NCBI GenBank assembly: GCA_038320275.1
Contig: JBBQEB010000030.1
Location: 1 to 28,583, forward strand
Direction of reading: 5' to 3'
DNA from: Myxococcales bacterium
Lineage (GTDB): Bacteria; Myxococcota; Myxococcia; Myxococcales; Anaeromyxobacteraceae
DNA: 28,583 nt
The position numbers and the translations under genes are program-made. This document shows positions 9,630-23,395 of the stretch, piece by piece; positions within the stretch are counted from its first letter, which is position 1, and every line of letters starts with the position of its first letter. The notes beneath the pieces are model-generated. The model was given only the letters and a program-made list of their open reading frames with translations, had not been told where the DNA came from and searched no databases.

Positions 9630-9683
9630 GAGGATCCGAGGTCGTCGCGCTGTCTTGGCCGTCTGCGCGTCACTCCACCGACC

Positions 9684-9693
9684 ACTATAGAAT
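9684..9693. promoter_or_regulatory. Overlapping divergent -10-like hexamers between hsp70 and the amidotransferase-like gene
   Basis: AT-rich island CACTATAGAATAAA reads TATAGT on the minus strand (9684-9689) and TAGAAT on the plus strand (9688-9693). Confidence 0.45.
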
Positions 9694-9737
9694 AAACGCG
9701 GTGTCGCCGAGTGGGTGGGAGGGAGAGCTTCGAAGTC

Positions 9738-10583
9738 ATGGGTGCGCTGGTCGCCATCCTCCAGAACGATCCCAACCTGCTCCCGTGCCAGGTGCTCCGG
9801 CTCTCGGAGCGCGTCGCCATGGCCGAGCCCTCCCGGCTCCCCGACGCCTACGGGTACGGGTATTTCCGAGGAAACGACGTGCTGCTCGGCAAGCGCCCCA
9901 GCGGCGCCGCGAGCGCCCTCTCGTTGGCCGGCCTCGCCGGAGGGGTCGAGAGCGAGGCGCTCCTCGTCCAGGGGCGGTACGCCACCGTCGGCGGCACCCA
10001 GGACGAGAACACTCCGCCCTACCGCTTCCGGCGGTGGCTCTTCGCGCACGACGGGACGGTGGAGGGCTTCGCCGCCCTGAAGCCGCAGCTCCTCGCGTCC
10101 TTGCCCGAGTTCCTTCGGCGGAACATCCACGGCGACACCGACTCGGAGCATGCCTTCATGGTGTTCCTGCGGCGCCTCCGCGAGGTGGGGGCCCTCGACG
10201 ACCTCGAGGCCGAGGCGCAGGCGGTGGCGCGAGCCCTCGCCCACACGGTGCGGGACCTCGTGGGCTGGGCCCGGGAGTCCGGTGCGAACGGGGCCTCGGG
10301 GCTGAACCTCGTCGCCACCAACGGCAGGGTGCTTGCGGCCGTGCGCAGCGGTGGTCCGCTCCACTACGCACTGCTGGAGGGCATCCTTCCCTGCGCGCGC
10401 GACGGGCTCGCCGCCCATGCCCCCGACAGCGACCCGCGTTTGCGGCCGCACCGGCAGGTGAAGGCGGTCTGCCTCGCCACCCGACTCCTCGATCCGGCGG
10501 GCTTCGTCGAGGTGCCGGACGGCAGCACGCTGGCGGTGAGCCGGTCGCTGCAGGTGACGGTGACAGGCCTGGGCGCCGAGTAA
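9738..10583 (+). CDS. Class II glutamine amidotransferase-like protein (YafJ/EgtC-like Ntn-hydrolase fold), N-terminal Cys absent
   Basis: DAYGYGY, RYATVG..ENTPPYR..WLFAHDGTV, GDTDSEHAF and LNLVATNG. Begins MGALV instead of MC. GGAGGGAG lies upstream of ATG 9738. Confidence 0.8.
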   Translation: MGALVAILQNDPNLLPCQVLRLSERVAMAEPSRLPDAYGYGYFRGNDVLLGKRPSGAASALSLAGLAGGVESEALLVQGRYATVGGTQDENTPPYRFRRWLFAHDGTVEGFAALKPQLLASLPEFLRRNIHGDTDSEHAFMVFLRRLREVGALDDLEAEAQAVARALAHTVRDLVGWARESGANGASGLNLVATNGRVLAAVRSGGPLHYALLEGILPCARDGLAAHAPDSDPRLRPHRQVKAVCLATRLLDPAGFVEVPDGSTLAVSRSLQVTVTGLGAE

Positions 10584-10592
10584 CCGACCGGC

Positions 10593-11642
10593 TCACACGC
10601 CCCAGGGCCGCGGCACCGCCAGCCCCTGCCAGCACTCCAGCGCGAACCGGTCGGTCATGCCCGAGACGAAGTCGGTGACCGCGCGCGAGGTGGGATCGCC
10701 GGCGGCCTGCGTGACTCCCAGCCCGCTGCGCAGCGCGGTCGCGCCGGGGGCCGCCAGCCAGGTCCACAGATCGCGCAGGGCGCGCTGGGCTTTCGTGAAC
10801 TCCTCCTTCACCAGCGGGTTCTCGTAGACGCGGCCATACAGGATCTCCCGCAGCGCGAGGAGCGCCTCGTGGACCTCGGGCGACATGGCGATGTGCTCCC
10901 CGACGTCGAGCCGCGAGGCCCGGACCACGTCGCCCACCAGCCGCGCTACCCGCTCGCCTGCGCTCCCGCCCAGCACCCGCCGGATGGCGACGGGGACGTC
11001 GGCCTCCGCCAGGAGCCCTCCGCGAACTGCGTCGTCGAGGTCGTGGTTCACGTAGGCGATGACGTCGGCGACGCGCACGACCTCGGCCTCGAGGGTGAGG
11101 GCCTTCGCCCCGCCGCCCGACATGAGCACGTTCCCTCGGCCCTTGGAGTGCCGCAGGATTCCGTCCCGCACCTCGGGCGTGAGGTCGAGTCCCGCGCCGT
11201 CGCGCTCCAGCACCTCCACCACCCGGACCGACTGCAGGGCGTGGTGGAACCCGCCCTCGACGACCTCGTCCAGGAGCCGCTCCCCGGCGTGGCCGAACGG
11301 CGTGTGGCCGAGGTCGTGGCCCATGCACACCGCCTCCACCAGCATCTCGTTGAGCCGGAGCGCCCTCGCGATCGAGCGCGCCACCTGGGCGACTTCGAGC
11401 GTGTGGGTGAGCCGGTTGCGGTAGTGGTCGCCGCGCGGGGCGAGGAACACCTGCGTCTTGCCCTGCAGCCGGCGAAAGGACTTGCAGTGGAGGATGCGGT
11501 CGCGGTCGCGCTGGTACGCCGGCCGAAGCTCGTCCTCGCCGCGCCCGCTGTCCCGGCCCCGGGACGCGGCCGAGAGCGCCGCGCGCGGGTGCAGCGTGCG
11601 CGCCTCCGCGTCCTCCAGCATCGCCCGGATGGTGCCGCCCAT
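10593..11642 (-). CDS. dgt: Deoxyguanosinetriphosphate triphosphohydrolase-like HD protein (short type)
   Basis: Motifs RDRDRILHCKSFRRLQGKTQVF, RNRLTHTLEV, GHDLGHTPFGHAGE, DVIAYVNHDLDD and DFVSGMTDRFA. Confidence 0.93.
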   Translation of the reverse strand: MGGTIRAMLEDAEARTLHPRAALSAASRGRDSGRGEDELRPAYQRDRDRILHCKSFRRLQGKTQVFLAPRGDHYRNRLTHTLEVAQVARSIARALRLNEMLVEAVCMGHDLGHTPFGHAGERLLDEVVEGGFHHALQSVRVVEVLERDGAGLDLTPEVRDGILRHSKGRGNVLMSGGGAKALTLEAEVVRVADVIAYVNHDLDDAVRGGLLAEADVPVAIRRVLGGSAGERVARLVGDVVRASRLDVGEHIAMSPEVHEALLALREILYGRVYENPLVKEEFTKAQRALRDLWTWLAAPGATALRSGLGVTQAAGDPTSRAVTDFVSGMTDRFALECWQGLAVPRPWGV

Positions 11643-11652
11643 GGAACGAGTC

Positions 11653-12420
11653 TTACCCCGCTCCGTAGAAGCTCGCCTCCAGCACCCCGATGAAGAGGTT
11701 CGAGAGCGCGTGCAGGAAGACCGAGGCCGCCACGTTTCCGGTGCGCTCGCGGACCCAGCCGAAGAGGAGCCCGGGAAAGAACGTGCCCAGCCGCCACGGC
11801 TGCAGCACGACGAGGTGCCCCAGCGCGAAGAGCGCCTGCGTGGCGAGGAAGCCGGCCCCGAGCTCGACGCCGAGAGCTCGCCAGCGGCGCTCCGGAGCGG
11901 TCCGCGCCCACGACGTCTGCATCCAGCCCCGGTAGAAGAGCTCCTCCGGCAGGGCCACCACCAGGAGCTGCACCGCCACCACCAGGGCGAACCGCGCAGG
12001 GAGCCGGAAGCGCGGCGCAGGTGGGAGCGCGTACGGCGCCACGATGGCGGCGAGGGTGGGCGGGAGGTGGGGAAGGACTTTTCCGTACAGCCAGAAGCCG
12101 GCGAAGAAGACGGGGAAGATCACCACCGCGATCCGGAGCGCGGTCCCCAGGCCACTCCCCCAGGCCGCCCAGGTGCGCCGGTCGCTCACCCCCCACCATG
12201 GCAGGCCGTACGCTTCCCAGGTCTCACCACGGGGATGGATGCGGCGCTCGGGCAGGGCGATGAAGAGGAAGGCCGCAACGCCGGCCAGGTTGCCGGCGAG
12301 GAGCCCGGTGGGCTCGAAGAGGGAGACGAGCTTGGCGCCGCCCAGCAGCGCCACGCAGGCGGCCCAGGTGGTGACGAGCTCCTTGCGGACCTGGCGCGGG
12401 AGAGCGGCGGGGGCGCTCAC
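11653..12420 (-). CDS. CPBP (type II CAAX/Abi) glutamic intramembrane protease, myxosortase-like
   Basis: Polytopic protein with VALPEELFYRGWMQ, LFALGH, TFFPGLLFGWVRERTG and LHALSN. Likely start GTG 12420 after GAGG (the ORF track starts at 12480). The myxosortase assignment is inferred from motif style and context. Confidence 0.85.
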   Translation of the reverse strand: MSAPAALPRQVRKELVTTWAACVALLGGAKLVSLFEPTGLLAGNLAGVAAFLFIALPERRIHPRGETWEAYGLPWWGVSDRRTWAAWGSGLGTALRIAVVIFPVFFAGFWLYGKVLPHLPPTLAAIVAPYALPPAPRFRLPARFALVVAVQLLVVALPEELFYRGWMQTSWARTAPERRWRALGVELGAGFLATQALFALGHLVVLQPWRLGTFFPGLLFGWVRERTGNVAASVFLHALSNLFIGVLEASFYGAG

Positions 12421-12584
12421 GGCCTCTGTCTTGCCGGAGGGACCGGGCCCGGGAGGTCCGATGTGAACGTTGCGCTTCAAGGCGCGCCCATGGGTGCCCC
12501 GGCGAGGGAGCGCGAGTCAACCGGGTGTGCGGCGAGCCGACCCCGGCCTACCTCCGCTCCCCGTCCCTCACCTCCACCCACGAG

Positions 12585-12668
12585 CATGCCCATTGCCGCA
12601 ATGTATGTATTTGGCATGGATTCATGGCATTGCGCACGCGTGCTATGTTCGTTCCGGTCTGGAGGAGG
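12585..12668 (+). promoter_or_regulatory. Promoter/operator region and ribosome-binding site of the giant surface-protein gene
   Basis: AT-richer island with palindrome CATTGC-C-GCAATG (12591-12603), an extended -10 TGcTATGTT (12641-12649), and Shine-Dalgarno GGAGGAGG (12661-12668) 5 nt before ATG 12674. Confidence 0.55.
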
Positions 12669-12673
12669 CACGC

Positions 12674-17797
<5,124 letters not shown>

Positions 17798-17813
17798 CCG
17801 CGAACTCGCGCCG

Positions 17814-18197
17814 TCAGCCCTCCGCGGGTCCGATGGACCGGCGGACGAGATCGATCGCGACCGCCGGCTCGAACGGCTTGCGCAAGATCTCGTTCGCACC
17901 GATGCGGCGGTACATGTCGATCTCCCGGTCGGAGATGCGCGCGCTCATGAGGATGAGGAAGGTCTTCTTCCAGTGCGGGTGCGCCTTGACGAGGCGTGAG
18001 ACGTCCGCGCCGTTGATCTTGGGCATGTAGATGTCGAGGAGGAGCGCGTCCGGCTCCAGCGTCGCCATCTTGCGGAACACCTCCTCGCCGTCCGTGGCGA
18101 AGCCCACCGCGTAGCCCGCGTCCTCGAAGGCCGGAGTGAGCGCGTCGAGCAGCGCCTTGGAGTCGTCGACGATGAGGACCGTCTTCCGCTTGCCCAT
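17814..18197 (-). CDS. Single-domain response regulator (receiver only)
   Basis: VLIVDDS, LLLDIYMP (phosphoacceptor Asp), ILMSAR and LRKPF. 127 aa with no output domain. Confidence 0.93.
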   Translation of the reverse strand: MGKRKTVLIVDDSKALLDALTPAFEDAGYAVGFATDGEEVFRKMATLEPDALLLDIYMPKINGADVSRLVKAHPHWKKTFLILMSARISDREIDMYRRIGANEILRKPFEPAVAIDLVRRSIGPAEG

Positions 18198-18225
18198 GAC
18201 GCCACGTCCTATAACTCACCCCGGC

Positions 18226-19020
18226 ATGGACCGCGAACCCGCAGTCGCCGGCCGGTTCTACCCGGCCTCGCCCGCCGCGCTGCGGGCCGAGGTGGAGGAC
18301 CTGATCGGCGCGGCGACAGGCGCGGAGCCGGCGCTGGGCGTGCTCGTGCCCCACGCCGGTTACCGCTACTCGGGCGCGGTTGCTGGCGAGACCTACGCAC
18401 GCGTGCGGGTGCCGCGCCGGGCGGTCGTCCTCTGCCCGAACCACACCGGCCGCGGCGCTCCGGTCGCGCTCTGGCCGGACGGCGCCTGGCAGACCCCGCT
18501 TGGACCGGTGGCCATCGACGTGGAGCTCACCGCGTTGCTCGCCGCCTCGCCGAGCGTGGAGCTCGACCGCGAGGCGCACCTCGGCGAGCACGCGCTGGAG
18601 GTCCAGCTCCCCTTCCTCCAGGTGCGACAACCGGAGCTCACGCTGGCGGCGCTCTGCCTCGGGCCGCTCACGGAAGGCTCCTGCGAGGGGCTAGCGCAGG
18701 CGCTCGCTGCGGCCCTGAGACGCTGCCCGGCGCTCCTCGTCGCCTCGAGCGACATGAGCCACTTCCTGCCGGCTCCCGCGGCCCGTGCGCAGGACGAGCG
18801 CGCTCTCTCGCACCTCCTCCGCCTGGACGCCCGCGGGCTCCACGACACGGTCCGGCGGGAGGACATCTCGATGTGCGGCGTCGTCCCGGCGACGGTGATG
18901 CTCTTCGCCGCGCGCGAGCTCGGGGCGAGCTCGGCCGAGCTCGTCCGCTATGCAAGCTCGGGGGACGTGACCGGCGACCTCGAGCGCGTGGTGGGGTACG
19001 CCGGCGCCGTCATCCGGTGA
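18226..19020 (+). CDS. amrB: AmmeMemoRadiSam system protein B (Memo1-like)
   Basis: REPAVAGRFYP, PHAGYRYSG, PNHTG, EHALEVQLPFL, ASSDMSHF, SMCG and VVGYA. Start taken as ATG 18226. Confidence 0.92.
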   Translation: MDREPAVAGRFYPASPAALRAEVEDLIGAATGAEPALGVLVPHAGYRYSGAVAGETYARVRVPRRAVVLCPNHTGRGAPVALWPDGAWQTPLGPVAIDVELTALLAASPSVELDREAHLGEHALEVQLPFLQVRQPELTLAALCLGPLTEGSCEGLAQALAAALRRCPALLVASSDMSHFLPAPAARAQDERALSHLLRLDARGLHDTVRREDISMCGVVPATVMLFAARELGASSAELVRYASSGDVTGDLERVVGYAGAVIR

Positions 19021-19100
19021 GCCGCCTCGAGATGCGGTGCCGCCCGATGGAGCGCGGCGGCTCATGAATTCACGGGAGTGCCGTGCTAGGTTCCGCGCCC

Positions 19101-20531
19101 ATGCCGAGCGAGACGACAGAGCGGCCGCGCCTGCGCTTCGCGCCGTCGCCGACAGGTTACCTGCACATCGGCGGCGCCCGGACGGCGCTCTTCAACTGGC
19201 TCTGGGCCCGCCACACCGGCGGCGCTTTCGTGCTGCGCATCGAGGACACCGACCGCGAGCGCTCCACCCAGGCGGCGGTGGGCGCGATCCTCGACGGGCT
19301 GCGCTGGCTGGGGCTCGACTGGGACGAGGGGCCCGAGGTGGGCGGCCCGCACGGCCCGTACTTCCAGACGCAGCGGCTCGACCTCTACCGCGGCTACGCC
19401 GACCGGCTCATCGAGGAGGGCAAGGCGTACGCCTGTCTTTGCACCAGGGAGGAGCTCGACGCCGGCCGCAAGCGGGCCGAGGCCGAGAAGCGGCAGTTCC
19501 GCTACCCGGGAACCTGCCGCGAGAGGCCCTACGATCCCTCGCAGCGGCACGTGGTCCGCTTCCGCGTGCCGGAGACGGGCGCCACCACCTTCGACGATCG
19601 GGTGAAGGGGCTCATCACCACCCCGCACGACACGCTGCAGGACGAGGTGATCCTGCGCGCCGACGGCGTGCCGCTCTACAACTTCGGCGCGCTGGTGGAC
19701 GACATCACCATGGGCATCACCCTGGTGGCCCGTGGCGACGACCACGTGAACAACACCGCCCGCCAGATCCTCATGTACGAGGCGCTCGGCGCGCCCGTGC
19801 CGGCCTTCGCCCACCTGCCGATGATCCTGGGCGCCGACAAGGCGCGGCTCTCCAAGCGGCACGGCGCCACCAGCGTCACGGCCTACCGCGAGCTGGGCTT
19901 CCTCCCGCACGCGGTGGTGAACTACCTCGCCCGGCTGGGCTGGTCGCACGGCGACGACGAGATCTTCACCCTCGATGAGCTGGTGCGGCACTTCGACTTC
20001 GCCCATGTCGGGGCCACGGCAGGGGTCTTCAACCTCGAGAAGATGGCGTGGGTGAACCAGACCTGGATGCGCAAGCTTCCGCCCGAGGAGCTGGCGCGCC
20101 GGGCGCTGCCCTACTTCCTGTCGGAGGGCCTCCCCGCCGAGGACGACGCCAAGCTCCGGCACGTGCTCGAGGTGGCGCAGGCACGCGCGCACACCTTCGC
20201 GGAGATCGCCTCGACCTTCCGCTACTTCTACGCGCCCATCGCGCTCGATCCGAAGGCGAAGGCCAAGTTCCTCGGCCCCGACGCCCGCCCGCTGCTGGAG
20301 GCGGTCCGCGGCGCGCTCGCCTCCACCGACGACCTGGGCACGCCCGCGCTCGAGCGGCTCTTCGCGTCGGTGGCCGAGGCGCGCGGGCTCGCCATCGGCA
20401 AGGTGGCCCAGCCGGTGCGCGTGGCGCTCACGGGAGGCACCGCCTCGCCGGGGATCTACGACGTGGTGCAGATCCTGGGCAGGGACGAGACCCTGAAGCG
20501 GCTGGACGACGGGGTTCGCACCGCGGCATAG
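19101..20531 (+). CDS. gltX: Glutamate--tRNA ligase
   Basis: RFAPSPTGYLHIGGARTALFN, LRIEDTD, the Zn-site-like CLC..YPGTC, RGDDH, RLSKRHG and RVALTG..SPG. ATG 19101 follows an extended -10 TGcTAGGTT (19084-19092). Confidence 0.97.
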   Translation: MPSETTERPRLRFAPSPTGYLHIGGARTALFNWLWARHTGGAFVLRIEDTDRERSTQAAVGAILDGLRWLGLDWDEGPEVGGPHGPYFQTQRLDLYRGYADRLIEEGKAYACLCTREELDAGRKRAEAEKRQFRYPGTCRERPYDPSQRHVVRFRVPETGATTFDDRVKGLITTPHDTLQDEVILRADGVPLYNFGALVDDITMGITLVARGDDHVNNTARQILMYEALGAPVPAFAHLPMILGADKARLSKRHGATSVTAYRELGFLPHAVVNYLARLGWSHGDDEIFTLDELVRHFDFAHVGATAGVFNLEKMAWVNQTWMRKLPPEELARRALPYFLSEGLPAEDDAKLRHVLEVAQARAHTFAEIASTFRYFYAPIALDPKAKAKFLGPDARPLLEAVRGALASTDDLGTPALERLFASVAEARGLAIGKVAQPVRVALTGGTASPGIYDVVQILGRDETLKRLDDGVRTAA

Positions 20532-20540
20532 AGGAGCGGA

Positions 20541-22937
20541 ATGGCGGAAGGGGCGCGCGGCGGGAACTTCCTCGCCGACATCATCGAGGCGGACCTCGCC
20601 GCCGGGCGGAACGGCGGGCGGGTGGTCACGCGCTTCCCGCCCGAGCCCAACGGTTTCCTCCACATCGGGCACGCCAAGTCGATCCTGCTGAACTTCGGCC
20701 TCGCCCGCACGTACGGCGGCGAGGCGCACCTGCGCTTCGACGACACGAATCCCACCGCCGAGGACAGCGCCTACGTGGAGGCCATCCAGCGCGACGTCCG
20801 CTGGCTGGGCTGCGACTGGGGGGACCACCTCCACTTCGCGTCGGACGTCTTCGACAGAATGTACGCCTGCGCGGAGCGGCTCGTCCGCGATGGGAAGGCC
20901 TACGTGGACAGCCAGCCGGTCGAGGCCATCCGCGAGGGGCGGGGGAGCTTCGAGCGGCCGGGCACGCCGAGCCCCTTCCGCGAGCGCCTGCCGGAGGAGA
21001 ACCTCGCCCTCCTCGAGCGGATGCGCGCGGGCGAGCTCCCCGATGGCGCCTGCGTGCTGCGCGCGCGCATCGACATGGCGCACCCCAACGTTCTCCTGCG
21101 CGATCCGCTGCTGTACCGCATCCGCCACGCGCGCCACCACCGCACCGGCGACCTCTGGTGCATCTATCCGATGTACGACTTCGCGCATCCGCTGGAGGAT
21201 GCCTTCGAGGGCATCACCCATTCCATCTGCACCCTCGAGTTCGAGTCGAACCGCGAGCTGTACGACTGGGTGCTCGACAACACGGGCCCGTGGGATCCCC
21301 GGCCACGACAGTACGAGTTCGCGCGGCTCGCGCTGGGGTACACGGTGCTGTCGAAGCGAAAGCTGCTCCAGCTCGTCGCGGAGAAGCGCGTCTCGGGATG
21401 GGACGATCCGCGCATGCCGACGCTGGCCGGCCTCCGGCGGCGCGGCGTCACGCCCGAGGCGCTCCGCGAGTTCGCCGACCTCATCGGCGTCGCGAAGAAC
21501 AACAGCGTGGTGGACATCGGCAAGCTCGAGTTCGCGGTCCGTGGCGATCTGGAGAAGCGGGCGCCGCGCGCCATGGCCGTCCTCCGGCCGCTGCCGCTCA
21601 TCGTGGAGAGCTGGCCCGAGGGACGCGAGGTGGAGCTCGCCTTGCCCTGGTGGCCGGGTGAGCCCGGGCGCGGCACGCGGGCGGTGCCCTTCGGCCGCGA
21701 GCTCCTCGTGGAGAGGGATGACTTCGCGCTGGAGCCGCCCCCGGGCTGGAAGCGGCTCGCGCCCGGGCGCGAGGTGCGGCTTGCGGGCGCCTACGTGGTG
21801 CGCTGCGTCGGGGTGGAGCGCGGCGCGGCGGGCGAGGTCACCGCGGTCCGGTGCACGCACGAGGCCGGCTCGGCCGGCGAGGGTGGCCCCCGCGGGCTGG
21901 GCGCGGTGCACTGGGTGCATGCGCACCGCTCGACGGCGGTCACCGTCCGCCTGTACGACAGGCTCTTCCGGGTGGAGCGGCCGGACGCCGAGGAAGACTT
22001 CCTGCAAGCGCTCGACCCCGAGTCCCTGACCGTCATCGGGGGAGCGCGCGTCGAGCCGGCGCTCGCCGAAGCTGCGGCGGGATCGCACTGGCAGTTCCTG
22101 CGCCAAGGCTACTTCTTCGCCGATCCGGAGGACAGCCGCCCCGGCGCGCCGGTGTTCAATCGGACCCTCGCGCTGAAGGATCCGTGGTCGGCCAAGGCCG
22201 TGGCCCGGTCGGCATCGACGGCCGTCCTGACCACCGGCATCGCGCCCGGAGGTCACGCTCGTTCCTCGACCGCCGAGTCAGCAGCGTGGACCACCGGGAG
22301 GCCGCTCGAACCTCACGCTCCTTCCTCCGCGGCCGTGTCAGCAGCCCTGAGCACCGCGCCCACCACCGAACCGGTCACCAAGGCGGCGCCCTCGCCGCGG
22401 CCCGAGAGCCTGGCCCGCCTGACGCGCTATCGCGACGAGCTCGAGCTCAGCGCGAGCGAGGCCGAGCTGCTCGGTGCGGACGAGGAGCTTTCGCGGTTCT
22501 TCGAGGCGGCCTTGCCCTCGTACCCTCACCCGAAGCCTCTCGCCCGCTGGCTCGCCAACGATCTGCTCGGCCTCGCGAAGGGCGTGCCGCTCGCCTCGCT
22601 GCCGCTGGGCGCGCCAGCCTTCGGAAAGTTCGTCGCGCTGGTCGAGTCGGGCCGCGTGACCGCTGCTTCCGCCAAGGTGCTCCTGGCGGCCCTGGTGCAG
22701 CGCGGCGGCGATCCCGAGGCGCTCATGGCGGAGCTCGGGCTCGCCAGGCAGGAGGATCCAGCCGCGCTCCTCGCAGCGGTCGAGCGCGCTCTCTCGGCTC
22801 ACGCCCGCGAGGCGGAGCGCTACCGCGCCGGCGAGGTCAAGCTTTTCGGCGTGCTGCTCGGCGCCGTGATGCGGGAGGCGCAGGGCGCGGCCGACGCGGC
22901 GAGCGCCCGGCGCGCGCTCGAGGAAAGGCTGCGATGA
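20541..22937 (+). CDS. glnS: Glutamine--tRNA ligase with a C-terminal GatB/YqeY-like domain
   Basis: TRFPPEPNGFLHIGHAKS, RFDDTNP, IYPMYDFAH, ITHSICTLEF, VLSKRKL, WDDPRMPTL and QFLRQGYF. The C-terminus RYRAGEVKLFGVLLGAVMR is YqeY-like. Shine-Dalgarno GAGGAG. Confidence 0.95.
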   Translation: MAEGARGGNFLADIIEADLAAGRNGGRVVTRFPPEPNGFLHIGHAKSILLNFGLARTYGGEAHLRFDDTNPTAEDSAYVEAIQRDVRWLGCDWGDHLHFASDVFDRMYACAERLVRDGKAYVDSQPVEAIREGRGSFERPGTPSPFRERLPEENLALLERMRAGELPDGACVLRARIDMAHPNVLLRDPLLYRIRHARHHRTGDLWCIYPMYDFAHPLEDAFEGITHSICTLEFESNRELYDWVLDNTGPWDPRPRQYEFARLALGYTVLSKRKLLQLVAEKRVSGWDDPRMPTLAGLRRRGVTPEALREFADLIGVAKNNSVVDIGKLEFAVRGDLEKRAPRAMAVLRPLPLIVESWPEGREVELALPWWPGEPGRGTRAVPFGRELLVERDDFALEPPPGWKRLAPGREVRLAGAYVVRCVGVERGAAGEVTAVRCTHEAGSAGEGGPRGLGAVHWVHAHRSTAVTVRLYDRLFRVERPDAEEDFLQALDPESLTVIGGARVEPALAEAAAGSHWQFLRQGYFFADPEDSRPGAPVFNRTLALKDPWSAKAVARSASTAVLTTGIAPGGHARSSTAESAAWTTGRPLEPHAPSSAAVSAALSTAPTTEPVTKAAPSPRPESLARLTRYRDELELSASEAELLGADEELSRFFEAALPSYPHPKPLARWLANDLLGLAKGVPLASLPLGAPAFGKFVALVESGRVTAASAKVLLAALVQRGGDPEALMAELGLARQEDPAALLAAVERALSAHAREAERYRAGEVKLFGVLLGAVMREAQGAADAASARRALEERLR
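22203..22375 (+). repeat. Degenerate 60-bp (20-aa) tandem repeat in the GlnRS linker
   Basis: 22253-22312 versus 22313-22372 match at 43/60 positions by manual count (HARSSTAESAAWTTGRPLEP versus HAPSSAAVSAALSTAPTTEP). A more diverged copy lies upstream. Confidence 0.7.
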
Positions 22938-23389
22938 GGACGATCGGGCGACTGGGTAGCCTTCGACGCGGCCAGGGGCACGAAGGCCCGCGGCGCTTGA
23001 CCCCCGCGCTGCGCGCCGGTTATATGGCCGCGCTCGTGGCGACCTTGCTGGTCGCGCCCGCTTCGGCGTGGGCGGAGAGGGTGGCAGGAGCCGTCCTTCC
23101 CGACGAGGCGAGGCAGATCGGCGGCACCCGCTACCGGGTGGCGAAGAGCTACGAGGACACGCTCAAGTTTTTCAAGGCGCATTACCCTCCGCAGAAGTTT
23201 CCGCGCAGGGCCATCGTGCATCAGCCGAAGATCCAGGCGGTGCACATCGAGAACCCGGCGCCGAGGCCGGGGGGCTGGGACGGGCTCAACGTGTACGAGC
23301 TCGAGGGCGAGACGCGCGTGTACGTGCTCGTCGCGCCCGCCGCGGAGAGGTCGGAGAAGAAGGGCGGCAAGAAGGCCGCCCCGCATTGA
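22934..23389 (+). CDS. Small secreted hypothetical protein
   Basis: Signal-peptide-like AALVATLLVAPASAWA|ERVAG, a globular body with GC-rich third codon positions, and a Lys-rich tail. Start is uncertain: ATG 22934 (ATGA overlap with the glnS stop), TTG 22997 or ATG 23024. Confidence 0.75.
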   Translation: MRTIGRLGSLRRGQGHEGPRRLTPALRAGYMAALVATLLVAPASAWAERVAGAVLPDEARQIGGTRYRVAKSYEDTLKFFKAHYPPQKFPRRAIVHQPKIQAVHIENPAPRPGGWDGLNVYELEGETRVYVLVAPAAERSEKKGGKKAAPH

Positions 23390-23395
23390 AACTGA

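Noticed and set aside
9630..10451. Apparent 274-aa N-terminal extension of the Hsp70 ORF
   Set aside because: It is mostly antisense to the amidotransferase-like gene. Hsp70 homology begins at ATG 9629.
12625..12639. Possible sigma54 promoter TGGCAT..ACGC
   Set aside because: The GG-N10-GC spacing fits, but the -12 element ACGC is far from TTGC. An extended -10 explains the region at least as well.
12470..12673. ORF-track start of the giant gene at TTG 12470
   Set aside because: It runs through the promoter-like region. A strong Shine-Dalgarno and a signal peptide support ATG 12674.
19086..22256. 1056-aa minus-strand ORF, and similar long antisense or off-frame ORFs (1670-2896, 7878-9695, 13997-15934, 16199-17899, 23931-26924)
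   Set aside because: They shadow well-supported genes, are rich in Arg/Gly/Pro/Ala, and have no recognisable motifs. Such ORFs are expected from stop-codon scarcity at high GC.
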